IMG/VR virus record: IMGVR_UViG_3300050343_000171
Strand: one strand, 5' to 3'
Length of the DNA stretch: 64,000 nucleotides
Source: an uncultured virus (IMG/VR IMGVR_UViG_3300050343_000171)
Lineage: Duplodnaviria > Heunggongvirae > Uroviricota > Caudoviricetes > Crassvirales
Shown here: positions 31,414 to 41,886 of the stretch, one piece after another
How positions within the stretch are numbered: position 1 is the first letter of the stretch
Layout: every line of letters begins with the position of its first letter
The notes under the pieces: model-generated
Database searches by the model: none
What the model was told of the DNA's origin: nothing
Seen by the model: only the letters and a program-made list of their open reading frames with translations
Position numbers and translations under genes: made by a program

Positions 31414-33825
31414 ATGGCAAAATTATCTAATATTAATGGTAAATTTGCGGTTGAAGATACCGGTGCTATAAGATTTAGTGATCAAACTGGTACCACAGGC
31501 CAGATATTAAAATCAAATGGTAATTCAGCCCCAACTTGGGTTGATCCAAACACTGTTGGTACAGGGCCTTGGTTACCTTTAGCTGGTGGTGTAGTTTCTG
31601 GCCCTACAACTTTTCAAAGTAGTTTAACTGTTGGAGGTACTTTGACTGTAAACGCAGGAACTTACCATAAAGTTATAGCAACATTTCCTGCAACTTATAC
31701 AACTAATTTACAAATAGGGCAACAGTTTAATTTAAGCAATAATGCTTTAACCGATACAGTAACTTTTGCTCATACTGGCACAGAAGCTGTCTCAGATTTT
31801 ATCTTTACAGTAGCAGGTAATGAAAAATTAAAAATACAAGGTGATGGAAGAGTAACTTTTGGACCTGATGCTCAAGATATACAAATTGATCCAGCTTCAA
31901 CAAATAGTGGTAACAATTTAATTTACATGAGAGGAAATGCATCTGATGATAAATCTTCATTACAGATGAATCATTTTGGTTATGCTGATTATTATATTGG
32001 TGTAGGTCACGTTGGAAATGGAAAATTTAATATTGCAAATGATTTAACAGGTAATGATTTTGTTATAGATACTTCTGGAAATGTAGGAATAGGAACGACT
32101 TCACCTTCAGATTATTATGCAGACCAATTAGTTGTCAAATGTAGTAGTTCAGAAAATGGTATTACAATAGTTTCTAATTCTACCACAGATGCTAATTATT
32201 TAATGTTTGCAGATGGAACTTCTGGAGCTGATAGATACAGGGGACAAGTAAAATATAATCATCAAGATAATTATATGTCTTTTGCTACTGATGCTACAGA
32301 AAGAATGGTTATTGACAGTTCTGGAAACACAACAATAACTACAACATCTAATCAAGGCGGTCTTACAGTAACAAGTGCAACAGATAATACCGTTCTTGGA
32401 ATTAATAATACTGCTACTGGTGGTCAAAACTGGAGATTACAAAGCATTGGTGGTGGTTCTGGTTCAGGTCAAGGTAAATTACTTATGAAAGTAGGTGGTG
32501 GTGAAACTGCTGCTAATCTAATAAGTTTTGTTACAGATGGTTCTGGTGCTAATATTAAAATGGGGATCGGAATAATTTCGCCTGTATTTAAACTTGACAT
32601 TAGAACCAGCACACCAGGCGATAGAGCGGTGTTGGGAGTTAACAGTGCAACTTCAGGAACTAATTATGGAGGACAATTTAATTCTCAAGGAAGTGGTGCT
32701 ACAAAAAATATTGGTTTATATGCAACAGCAGAAGGAGCAACAACTAACTATGCAGGTATATTTGATTCTGGCAACGTAGGAATCGGGACGACTTCGCCTA
32801 GTGCTAAGTTGACTATTGGAGATCCAGGAGGAGCCACAACAAGAGCCATTCAAATAGAAGGCAACAACAGCACTAGTGGTGTAAATGGAACAATTGGTTC
32901 TTTTGCTAATGGATTATATATTTCTAATAATTATTATTATAGCGGAGCGCAGGTTCATCCTGTGTCTACCTTTGGTCAGACAAATATACTTCAACAAACA
33001 GGCACAGGCGGTCCGGGTGATAATTATATAGATTTTAACGTCAGTGATCATACGGATGCCAACAACGCTCCTGATACTAGAATGAGGATTTTAGATAACG
33101 GCAACGTCGGGATCGGGACAACTACGCCTGTTAATTTTACAAGTCAAACATCATTAACTATCGACGGAACATCAATAGGGAGGGTTGATTGCCTCGCGGG
33201 TGGGGGTGGCGGCGGTGGAATGTTTGCTAGTTCAAGTCAATTACAAGTATTTTCAAACTTTGGAGTTAATTTACAATTAAGTTCGGCTGCTAATATTGAT
33301 TTTGTAACTGGTAGCACAGATAGAATGCATATAACATCTGGGGGTAGGGTTACTATAAAGAACAAACCAAATTCTGGTTTAGGTTATGATGTTTTAATAT
33401 CTTTAGGTACAGGTGCTGATGGTGATGTTGGTTATCAAACACTTTCTCAACTTAACACTAATCTTGCAGGTGCTTCTGATATTAGATTTAAGAAAAATAT
33501 TGAAATCATACCTAATGCTATTGAAAAAATAAAAACTATAAACGGATATACTTTTGATTGGGATTCTGAAAATGAAGATTATAATTATTCAGAAAAAGAA
33601 AGTCGTGATGCAGGGGTAATTGCACAAGAGATTCAAAAAGTATTACCTGAAATTGTCCAAATAGCTACTGTTGATAGAGATGAAGAAGGAAAATCAACAT
33701 CAGGTAAGAATTATTTGTCTGTTGATTATAAAAAAATTATACCATTATTAATTCAAGGTATAAAAGAACAAGAAACTTCAATACAAGAGCTAAAAGCTAG
33801 AATAAAAATATTAGAAAATAAATAA
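31414..33825 (+). CDS. Tail fibre / RBP 2 with a C-terminal intramolecular chaperone (peptidase S74)
   Basis: GNVGIGTTSP repeats; SDIRFKKNI...GVIAQEI..VLPE...VDYKKIIPLLIQGIKE. Confidence 0.88.
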   Translation: MAKLSNINGKFAVEDTGAIRFSDQTGTTGQILKSNGNSAPTWVDPNTVGTGPWLPLAGGVVSGPTTFQSSLTVGGTLTVNAGTYHKVIATFPATYTTNLQIGQQFNLSNNALTDTVTFAHTGTEAVSDFIFTVAGNEKLKIQGDGRVTFGPDAQDIQIDPASTNSGNNLIYMRGNASDDKSSLQMNHFGYADYYIGVGHVGNGKFNIANDLTGNDFVIDTSGNVGIGTTSPSDYYADQLVVKCSSSENGITIVSNSTTDANYLMFADGTSGADRYRGQVKYNHQDNYMSFATDATERMVIDSSGNTTITTTSNQGGLTVTSATDNTVLGINNTATGGQNWRLQSIGGGSGSGQGKLLMKVGGGETAANLISFVTDGSGANIKMGIGIISPVFKLDIRTSTPGDRAVLGVNSATSGTNYGGQFNSQGSGATKNIGLYATAEGATTNYAGIFDSGNVGIGTTSPSAKLTIGDPGGATTRAIQIEGNNSTSGVNGTIGSFANGLYISNNYYYSGAQVHPVSTFGQTNILQQTGTGGPGDNYIDFNVSDHTDANNAPDTRMRILDNGNVGIGTTTPVNFTSQTSLTIDGTSIGRVDCLAGGGGGGGMFASSSQLQVFSNFGVNLQLSSAANIDFVTGSTDRMHITSGGRVTIKNKPNSGLGYDVLISLGTGADGDVGYQTLSQLNTNLAGASDIRFKKNIEIIPNAIEKIKTINGYTFDWDSENEDYNYSEKESRDAGVIAQEIQKVLPEIVQIATVDRDEEGKSTSGKNYLSVDYKKIIPLLIQGIKEQETSIQELKARIKILENK

Positions 33826-36318
33826 ATGGCAAACTTATCAAATATAAATAACGTATTACGAGTTTCATCAGATCTTAGAGTTGGTATAAATACAGATGCA
33901 GCTTCTTATGCTTTAGAAATAGGTGGAACTAATTCAGGTATTAAATTAAAAAATTCAGGTGGTAGTGGTAAAGTTTACTCTATTTTATCAGATACATCTG
34001 GTAATTTTCAAATATATGATGATGCGGCTGCAAGTGGAAGATTAGTTATAAATGATATTGGAAACGCAACTTTTGCAGGTGAGCTTTCTATAGCCTCATT
34101 CATAAGACATACTGGCGACACAAATACTTATATTGGATTTCCCTCCGATGATACTATAAAATTAGTTACTGCTAGTAATGAAATAATACGAATTGATAGT
34201 TCTGGAAATATAAATGTTGGTGAAGGAACAAATCCTAAAGGGAATATTTTAATGGGTAACACAGTTGTAAACCCAGCAAGTGGATTTGCAGACCAAACAG
34301 GTATAGGATTAAAAAATTCAGCAACAGTTCCTGAATTACAAGTATCTTCTGATTCAATTGCTATGCAATTAGGTAGAACTACTACAGGGGGAGATGGACA
34401 AATATTAGCTTTAAGAAAGGCAGGAACTATAATACACAATTTTGATACTAATAATGTAAGCATAGGAACTAACGCAACTTTTGCAGGAGATGTTACCGCT
34501 CCATATTACACAGCCACTAATTTTATAAATGTAAAAGTAGATGACGCAGAAGTTTATTGGACTAATACTGCAAATAATGATTATTGGGTTTGGAAAAGGG
34601 ATGCAAGTAATAATTTTATTTTAGATCATTACAATGGATCAGCAACAAGCAATGCTTTAACATTTAATAGCTCACAAAACGCAACTTTTGCAGGAAATAT
34701 TTATAGTGGACTTAATGGAATGATGGAGTTTCGTTCATCTAGCTATAATAATAGACAAATTGGAATTGATTCTCAAGGTTTTTACGTTTTTAATCCAGTT
34801 GCGGTTAGTGGAGGTAGATACGATTTAAAAATGAATGACAGTGGAAACGCAATTTTTGCAGGAAATGTAAATGTAGGTGGTTCTGTTAGTTCGCCTGCAA
34901 GCGTAGGAACAGTTTTAGGTGTAGTTGGTAGAAATGGAATAGGTGCAGGAACAGCAGGAATTGTATTAAAAGATTATGATAATGCAGCTTGGGATATATG
35001 GAATAGTGGAGGAATATTAAATTTTAGATATAATAATGGTGCAAGTGGAGCAGGAAATGGCGTTAATATAGATACAACTGGTAACGTAAGTGTGTATGGA
35101 AGAATGCGTATTTTTGCAGGCTCTAATAGTAGTTGTTTAATAAAATTTGGCACAGATGATTCTGATCCATCAAATAGTGGTATTGGTCGTATAGAATATT
35201 TAAATTCGGATAATTCTATGAGATTTAGAACTAACAATACGGATAGAATGCTTTTAGACAGTAACGGAAACGTAGGAATTGGAACTATGACTATACCTAC
35301 AAATGGTTATATTGCCTCAGGTGGTGGATGGAAAATGTTACAAATAGGACAATCAAGTCAAATTGCAGCTTATGGAACAGATGATGAAATAGCAATATGT
35401 CAAAATACTTATTTAAATTCATCTGGTGTATTTCAAGCTATTACGAGTAATGTAGCAGGTTCATCTATAATTTTAGTAGATGGTAAAATATATTTTAAAA
35501 GAGCCGCAACAAGTGGTACAGCTCAAACTACTTCTACAAGTATGTTTATTGATACAATTGGCAACGTCGGGATTGGAACGAGTTCGCCTGGTCAAAAACT
35601 AGAAGTTTATCAAGCTGCAACAAATTCACAAGCATATGTAACTGTTCAAAATAACAGGTCAAGAAATGCTGCTGTTTTAACACAAACAACTAATGGTGGG
35701 TTTTATACAGGTACAAGTATAGGTACAGATACATTATGTTGGCAAGTTTATGACGCAAGTGCTGGAGAAAGAATGCGTATAACATCTGGAGGACATATTT
35801 TATTTGGAAATACAAGTGCTTCTTTAACGTCTGGTCTTGGTTTTAAATATATCGATGATGCAATTGCTCCTTATATAGGTTTAGTAGGAAATAGTTCGTC
35901 ATCTACAGGTAATACAAATTATCATTATTATAACACGAATGCTTCGTATAATGGTTTTAGATTTTATATAGCTAACAATGGAGGTATATATAATTTTGCA
36001 GCTAACAATGTAAATCTATCAGATGAAAGAGTAAAACACAATATTGAAAACTCTGGAAAATATTTAGATAAAATATGTTCTATCCCAGTAAGATTATTTA
36101 ATTACAAAGATGAACCAGAAGGAACTAACAAAAATCTTGGTGTTATTGCACAGGAAGTCGAAGCTATAGCACCCGAACTTGTAAACAATGATGGTTTTGG
36201 AGAAACTCCAGAAGATGGAATAGAATTAAAAACTGTTTATTCAACTGATATGATGTATGCTTTGATGAAATCAATACAAGAACTAAAAGCAGAAATAGAA
36301 ATATTAAAAAACAAATAA
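33826..36318 (+). CDS. Tail fibre / RBP 3 with a C-terminal intramolecular chaperone (peptidase S74)
   Basis: NATFAG and GNVGIG repeats; SDERVKHNI...GVIAQEVE..APELV. Confidence 0.88.
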   Translation: MANLSNINNVLRVSSDLRVGINTDAASYALEIGGTNSGIKLKNSGGSGKVYSILSDTSGNFQIYDDAAASGRLVINDIGNATFAGELSIASFIRHTGDTNTYIGFPSDDTIKLVTASNEIIRIDSSGNINVGEGTNPKGNILMGNTVVNPASGFADQTGIGLKNSATVPELQVSSDSIAMQLGRTTTGGDGQILALRKAGTIIHNFDTNNVSIGTNATFAGDVTAPYYTATNFINVKVDDAEVYWTNTANNDYWVWKRDASNNFILDHYNGSATSNALTFNSSQNATFAGNIYSGLNGMMEFRSSSYNNRQIGIDSQGFYVFNPVAVSGGRYDLKMNDSGNAIFAGNVNVGGSVSSPASVGTVLGVVGRNGIGAGTAGIVLKDYDNAAWDIWNSGGILNFRYNNGASGAGNGVNIDTTGNVSVYGRMRIFAGSNSSCLIKFGTDDSDPSNSGIGRIEYLNSDNSMRFRTNNTDRMLLDSNGNVGIGTMTIPTNGYIASGGGWKMLQIGQSSQIAAYGTDDEIAICQNTYLNSSGVFQAITSNVAGSSIILVDGKIYFKRAATSGTAQTTSTSMFIDTIGNVGIGTSSPGQKLEVYQAATNSQAYVTVQNNRSRNAAVLTQTTNGGFYTGTSIGTDTLCWQVYDASAGERMRITSGGHILFGNTSASLTSGLGFKYIDDAIAPYIGLVGNSSSSTGNTNYHYYNTNASYNGFRFYIANNGGIYNFAANNVNLSDERVKHNIENSGKYLDKICSIPVRLFNYKDEPEGTNKNLGVIAQEVEAIAPELVNNDGFGETPEDGIELKTVYSTDMMYALMKSIQELKAEIEILKNK

Positions 36319-36319
36319 A

Positions 36320-36691
36320 ATGGCAATAACTTACAAATGGACAATTAACCAAATGAACGCACATATCCAAGCTGAGGGCGAGGACAATGTGATTTTTACA
36401 GTACACTGGACGTATTCTGGATCAGAAGATGTTAGTGGGAAAATTTACTCAGCAAGTCAAATAGGTGCTACAAGTTTTACTTATGTAAAAGGAGATCCTT
36501 TTATACCTTACGAAGACACTGAAGCTTTTGAAAACGTAGTAATTGGATGGCTTGAAGGCGTGTTAAACGTACCGTCTATGCAATCTAGTATTGAATCTAC
36601 TATTCAAAAAGAAATTACACCTGTTAACGAAGATTTATACTTTACATGGCAAAACCCACCTGCACCACCGGTACCACCTGTGGAAGAATAG
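36320..36691 (+). CDS. Tail-fibre-associated small protein
   Basis: MAITYKWTI...VIFTVHW...FIPYED...VIGWL pattern, directly after the fibre genes. Confidence 0.6.
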   Translation: MAITYKWTINQMNAHIQAEGEDNVIFTVHWTYSGSEDVSGKIYSASQIGATSFTYVKGDPFIPYEDTEAFENVVIGWLEGVLNVPSMQSSIESTIQKEITPVNEDLYFTWQNPPAPPVPPVEE

Positions 36692-36692
36692 T

Positions 36693-36760
36693 GTAAGTTT
36701 GTAAAAAAACAAGTGATAGTATAACTAAACCTATGTCACTGTGGTAGTGACATAAACCTA
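36693..36760 (+). promoter_or_regulatory. Class II promoter followed by the inverted repeat TATGTCACT-gtggt-AGTGACATA
   Basis: GTAAGTTTGTAAAAAAACAAGTGATAGTA, then a 9-bp-arm repeat containing the GTGACATA half-site. Confidence 0.5.
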
Positions 36761-36794
36761 TAAAATAATGTTTAACCCTTAAAACCTAAAAACA

Positions 36795-37121
36795 ATGACT
36801 TATTTTTATTCGTTGAGCTCAAGTATGGGCCAACCCCAACAACCACAGATTACCGAAGAAACTATTAAATATTGGAAGCATTTAGCTGAAAAGAAAAACT
36901 GGAGAATTGTTCAGTTACCTAATGGTTATTTTCAAACCGAGTACAAAGACCCAAATTGCACGTGTGATCCCGAAAAAGATCCGTGTTGCGAAAAATGGAT
37001 AGACGTAACGAGGCGTGAAACTATGAAAGCCGCTGAAACTGCTATTGATGGTAGTGTTGATCACTACGGTAAAAAAGTAGATTTCTTAAAAGGACCTAAA
37101 GTAGTTAAGACGTTTAAATAA
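36795..37121 (+). CDS. Hypothetical protein
   Basis: 108-aa ORF upstream of groEL. Confidence 0.65.
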   Translation: MTYFYSLSSSMGQPQQPQITEETIKYWKHLAEKKNWRIVQLPNGYFQTEYKDPNCTCDPEKDPCCEKWIDVTRRETMKAAETAIDGSVDHYGKKVDFLKGPKVVKTFK

Positions 37122-37153
37122 TATCAATCAATCAAATCAAATTAAATTAAATT

Positions 37154-38695
37154 ATGTCAAATGCAATTGTAAAAAATCTGAACTTTGGTTCGGATGCTAA
37201 AAACAATGTGTTTGCTGGTATTACAAAACTTACACAAGCCGTTAGCTCCACACTAGGAGCTAGTGGCAAATGTGTTATGTTAGAAGATAGTACTGGTCAA
37301 CCTATTATTACAAAAGATGGTGTAACTGTAGCTGAAGCTATTACACTTCTTGATCCTGTTGAAAACATGGGAGCAACATTACTTAAACAAGCCGCAAAGA
37401 AAACTGTTAGTGAAGCAGGTGATGGAACCACTACAGCAACCGTATTGGCTCATGCTATACTAAGTGAAGCATATAAAGTAATAACAAAAGAAAACTCAAG
37501 AGAAGTAAAAGAAAGTATACTTACAGCTACAAACAAAGTAGTTGATTACTTAGATTCTATAGTAACACCAGTAGATGGTGATATGATAGATCAAGTTGCT
37601 ACAATATCTACAAATAATGATCCCATACTTGGTAAAATTATTGCAGATGCTTTTAGATCAGTTGATCAAACAGGTGTAGTGATGCTAGAGGTTTCTGATT
37701 TACCAGAAACTAATTTTGAAACTATTGATGGTGTACAATATGATAGAGGATTAAAAAATATACATTTTGTAACTAATCAAGATACTAAAACAGCTGAACT
37801 AGATAAACCTTTAGTTTTAATCGTAGAGTCAGAGGTTGAAAATGTAAGAAAAATACAAAGTGTTTTAGAGTATGCTATAAAGAATAAAAGATCATTACTT
37901 ATTATTGCTGATATTGATCAACAAGTTATGTCAGCTTTAGCAATGAACAAAATAAAAGGTAATATTAAAGTAAATGTTATCGATGCACCTATCTATGGTG
38001 TAAATAAAAAAGAAACACTAGAAGATTTAGCGTTACTTACAGGTGCTACAGTTATTAATGAAGATCTTGGAGATGATATTGATTTAATACAACCTGAGCA
38101 ACTTGGTGAATGTAAGAAAACAATAACTAGTGAGCATGAAACCATATTGCAAGTTCATGAGGTAAATAAAGAAGTCAAAGATTTAATTGAAGATATAAAA
38201 GCTAAACTTAAAACAGCTAAACACCCAGGTATTATAATTAATAATGAAAAAAGATTAGCTAGATTATCAGGTAAAGTTGCTATTGTAAAGGTTGGTGCTA
38301 ATTCCGAGGTTGAATTAAAAGAAAAACGTGATAGAGTTGAAGATGCTATCTGTGCTACTAAAGCTGCTATCAAAGAAGGTATTGTACCTGGTGGTGGTAT
38401 TGCTTTATTAAATGCATCACAAGAAATAGATACTTCAAACTCTTTAGAAAAAATACTTTTAAGAGCTATTAAATCCCCTTTCAATACAATACTTGCTAAT
38501 GCTGGTATTAAAAATGAAAAGTTTTTTAATCAAGAAGGTAAAGGTCTAAACGTTGTTACAGGAAATATGGTAAATATGATTGAGTCAGGGATTATTGATC
38601 CTTTACTCGTCACAAAAAGTGCATTAAAAAATGCTAGCTCTGTGGCTAGAACTATTTTATCAACCGATTGTGTAATTAATAATCTTAAGAATTAA
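37154..38695 (+). CDS. groEL: Phage chaperonin GroEL
   Basis: ITKDGVTVA, AGDGTTTATVLA, KVGA.SEVELKEK.DRVEDA..ATKAAI.EGIVPGGG and GIIDP..VT.SAL.NA.S. Confidence 0.97.
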   Translation: MSNAIVKNLNFGSDAKNNVFAGITKLTQAVSSTLGASGKCVMLEDSTGQPIITKDGVTVAEAITLLDPVENMGATLLKQAAKKTVSEAGDGTTTATVLAHAILSEAYKVITKENSREVKESILTATNKVVDYLDSIVTPVDGDMIDQVATISTNNDPILGKIIADAFRSVDQTGVVMLEVSDLPETNFETIDGVQYDRGLKNIHFVTNQDTKTAELDKPLVLIVESEVENVRKIQSVLEYAIKNKRSLLIIADIDQQVMSALAMNKIKGNIKVNVIDAPIYGVNKKETLEDLALLTGATVINEDLGDDIDLIQPEQLGECKKTITSEHETILQVHEVNKEVKDLIEDIKAKLKTAKHPGIIINNEKRLARLSGKVAIVKVGANSEVELKEKRDRVEDAICATKAAIKEGIVPGGGIALLNASQEIDTSNSLEKILLRAIKSPFNTILANAGIKNEKFFNQEGKGLNVVTGNMVNMIESGIIDPLLVTKSALKNASSVARTILSTDCVINNLKN

Positions 38696-38955
38696 TGAAA
38701 GCAATAGGTAATAATTTAATAGTAGACATGACAAAACAAGGTGTCTCTGAAACCAAAGGCGGTTTGTTTTTAGCAGAAAAACAACGAGAAGATATAAGAT
38801 ATGCAGAAGGTACAATATTATCAGTAGGTAGTAGTGTTATAGGGATTAAAAAAGGTGATGTTATTTATTTTGATAAAAACAACGCTCATCAAATAGAAAT
38901 AAAAAAAGAAATATATCAAATTGTTAATATAGCACACGTAGTTGTTGTGTTATGA
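38695..38955 (+). CDS. groES: Co-chaperonin GroES
   Basis: ETKGGLFL...GTILSVG...IKKGDVIYF; adjacent to groEL. Confidence 0.9.
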   Translation: MKAIGNNLIVDMTKQGVSETKGGLFLAEKQREDIRYAEGTILSVGSSVIGIKKGDVIYFDKNNAHQIEIKKEIYQIVNIAHVVVVL

Positions 38956-39396
38956 GACTAGAAGCAAGTGATGTTAGAGATTTAAATCTTTTAAAACATT
39001 ATAGGATCATAAGAAAATGGGCTTGTAAAAATAATGAATTAAATGATGCTGATTTAGAACTTACTAATTTATTTCGATTGCATGGATCTTTTTACAAGAG
39101 AAGATTTTAAAATCGGTACATATTCTTATAGTTGGGATAACAGACGCTGGAACAGATTACTTAAAGAAGGTTGGATAATCGTATGGAGACAACACAACCG
39201 AACAACACAAAAGTATAATATTTATAAAGTTTCCTTTAAGTGTAAACAACTAATAAGTCGCATGTACCGTATCATGCTTGGTAAAGAAGATATACCAACA
39301 TCTACCGCTAGAAATAAAATAATGAAAGGTAAAAGTTATATAGACAAAGTAATGATTACGTCTATAAATAACGTTAATAAAGATAAAAACCGATAA
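38952..39396 (+). CDS. Hypothetical protein, possibly winged-helix (frameshifted)
   Basis: Continuous reading across an indel near 39063. Confidence 0.5.
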
Positions 39397-40025
39397 TCAT
39401 GGGAAAAAAAGAAAAAGAAGTTGTAAAAAAAGAATCTTCTTACAACAAAATTATTCACAAAAAAATTGAAAAGCTTAAAGCTAACTAAAATAATGGAACT
39501 TTCTAATATAGGTTCAGACTTGATTAAAAAAATGGATGCCAAAAAGATACGTCTAAACCTGGTCACATCATTCTTCTGAAAAAGAAAAACCTGTTTATGA
39601 TAAACCGCCTGAAGTAGGAGGAAGTTCTGGCACCTAGTTTTATGGGTAAGAATCAAGTTGATGATTTTAAAATGATTAACTGATCCTTTATCTGTAGATA
39701 GAGGTGGTAGAACAGTTGCTCAACCAGATGGTTTAGATAAAGTAGGTATATTCCAGCCTATGAACCCTCCAATGGCTGTACCAACATCACCAAATATAGA
39801 TGAACAAGGTGTTAATAGCTTGTACTCTGATAAAATGTAAATATTATGAAAAATCCAAGTCAACTAGGAGCGAATACAATATGGGACGGACCATTATCAG
39901 AAGTAGGAAGACCTTTAGCAAAAGGTAATTCAAGATCAGGTGATAACTGTATGCAAGTATTAAAAGCTCCATTACCTTACAAAGCTGGACCTATATCTAG
40001 TTTAGCAAAGTAAAAACTCATTAAA

Positions 40026-40490
40026 ATGAGTGATAGAATAAGTGAACACATATCGCTTAAAGAAAGTGTTAAATCTCACACGGCCACCAGGTTAAGTATT
40101 GATAATGCACCTCGTGATTTAGATTTAATTAACATGAAAACTATTGCTGAAAAAGTTTTTGAACCTCTACGTAAATGGGTAGGCGGTCCAATTGCTATTA
40201 ATAGTTTCTATCGCTCACCCAAATTAAATTCTGCTATTGGCGGAAGTACAACCTCACAACATTGTATAGGATGTGCACTTGACATAGATGATAAATATGG
40301 TTATAAAACTAATGCTGAAATGTTTGAATACATTAAGTGTAATTTAGATTATGATCAGATGATATGGGAGTTTGGTGATAAAAATAATCCTGATTGGGTA
40401 CATGTAAGTTACATATCAGAAGATGTTAATAGAAGAAGATGCTTACAAGCTTATAAAGAAAATAGTAAAACAAAATATAAAGTAGTATAA
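40026..40490 (+). CDS. Peptidase M15A-like endolysin
   Basis: INSFYRSPKLNSAIGGSTTSQHCIGCALD...WVHVSY. Confidence 0.88.
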   Translation: MSDRISEHISLKESVKSHTATRLSIDNAPRDLDLINMKTIAEKVFEPLRKWVGGPIAINSFYRSPKLNSAIGGSTTSQHCIGCALDIDDKYGYKTNAEMFEYIKCNLDYDQMIWEFGDKNNPDWVHVSYISEDVNRRRCLQAYKENSKTKYKVV

Positions 40491-40609
40491 TGGCATATCA
40501 ACAAAATCATAATCCGTCACCAATTGCAAAAGGAGGCTTGTGGGCTAATATTCATGCTAAAAGAGATAGAGAAAGCCCTTAGGTGAAAAGGTTATCCAAC
40601 AGATAAAGC

Positions 40610-40875
40610 TTTAAAAGTAACCTAGCAAAAGAATTAGAAAAACTACAACAGGAAAAGGTAGAAACTTTAGAAAAGCTAAAGAAGGTGCTGGTATGACTGA
40701 AAGGGTGTTAAAGCTTATAGAAAAGCAAAATCCAGGTAGTAAATTAAAAACAGCAGTAACAGGTAAAGTAAAACCTGGTAGTAAAGCTGCTAAAAGAAGA
40801 AAATCATTTTGTGCAAGATCAAAAGGTTGGACTGGTGAAAGAGGTAAAGCTGCTAGACGTAGATGGAAATGTTAA
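40610..40875 (+). CDS. Small basic protein (frameshifted; start approximate)
   Basis: NPGSKLKTAVTG...KRRKSFCARS...AARRRWKC. Confidence 0.55.
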
Positions 40876-40901
40876 AATAAAAAAAAAAAAAATAAAACAT
40901 T

Positions 40902-41664
40902 ATGATTAGAAATTATTACACTGAAGCATTTAAAGGCGGTATTACACCGGTTGTAAGTGCTACACAATTATAGATGGTACAGTTAAAATAACTGAATCAA
41001 CTACATCAACATCAGTTACTAACGCAGCTACGTCTGTAACACTAGTATTAACTTTAAATGCAGCTATAAAAAGAGGTATGTATATCACAGCGACCTACAA
41101 TAGCTCCTAGCCCTATAACTATAAATGATAATCTTATTAGTTGAACAAGTTGTTCATGCTGCTAATACTACAATAACATTAAATAAACCTATTCAAATGG
41201 ATGCTGGTCAACAATTAACATTTTTTAATGTAAATCAAAACAGTTGGAAAGAATATAGTTTGTATGTAGGTATTTCACCAGAACAAGGTAACAATAGCTT
41301 TGGATCAGTAACTAGTGCAACAGCAAATGCTGCAGCTGCTGCTCAAAAAGTTGTAACTTATAAAGTTGCTAATCCATATATTCAGTCAGGAATGAATGTA
41401 TATGATGATGGAGTTTTAATAGGTGTTGTTGATATTATTACCACAGCTAATCAGTTTAGTTTAGTAGATAACTTAGCTGCTCTTATAGCTAACGATTCAG
41501 TTTTAACTTTTTCGTTTAGTGTGTTGCCAAGTGTTTCAGTATTAACTATAGATAATCAAACAATAACGTTTACAAATCCTGCTCAAGGTTTTGTTTTACC
41601 AGTATCTGTTGTTCAAGTAACTGCAGTGGCTGGAGGATTAACCAACTTAATAGCTTTAGACTAA
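40902..41664 (+). CDS. Beta-rich structural/decoration-like protein (frameshifted)
   Basis: T/V/A-rich; ends GFVLPVSVVQV...LIAL. Confidence 0.5.
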
Positions 41665-41861
41665 TGTTATCTCCACTATTAAAAAAGTTTCCTGAAATAA
41701 AAGATGGAAACAAAGGAAAATTTACTGCATGGGCTAAAAAACGAGGTATGTCAGCTTGTTCGGCTGCTAGTATGGTAATGAAAAACAAAAATAAATATTC
41801 ATCAGCTGTTGTTAAGATGGCTAACTATGCCAAAAATTTTGGCTGCAAATCAAAAAAATAA
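41664..41861 (+). CDS. Small basic protein
   Basis: KGKFTAWAKKRGMS...KMANYAKN. Confidence 0.6.
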   Translation: MLSPLLKKFPEIKDGNKGKFTAWAKKRGMSACSAASMVMKNKNKYSSAVVKMANYAKNFGCKSKK

Positions 41862-41886
41862 AAAAAACAAATTAAAAATTATTATT

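Noticed and set aside
29426..36318. Diversity-generating retroelement or shufflon in the tail fibres
   Set aside because: No reverse transcriptase, no long TR/VR pair differing at adenines, and no invertase or inverted cassettes are visible in the window.
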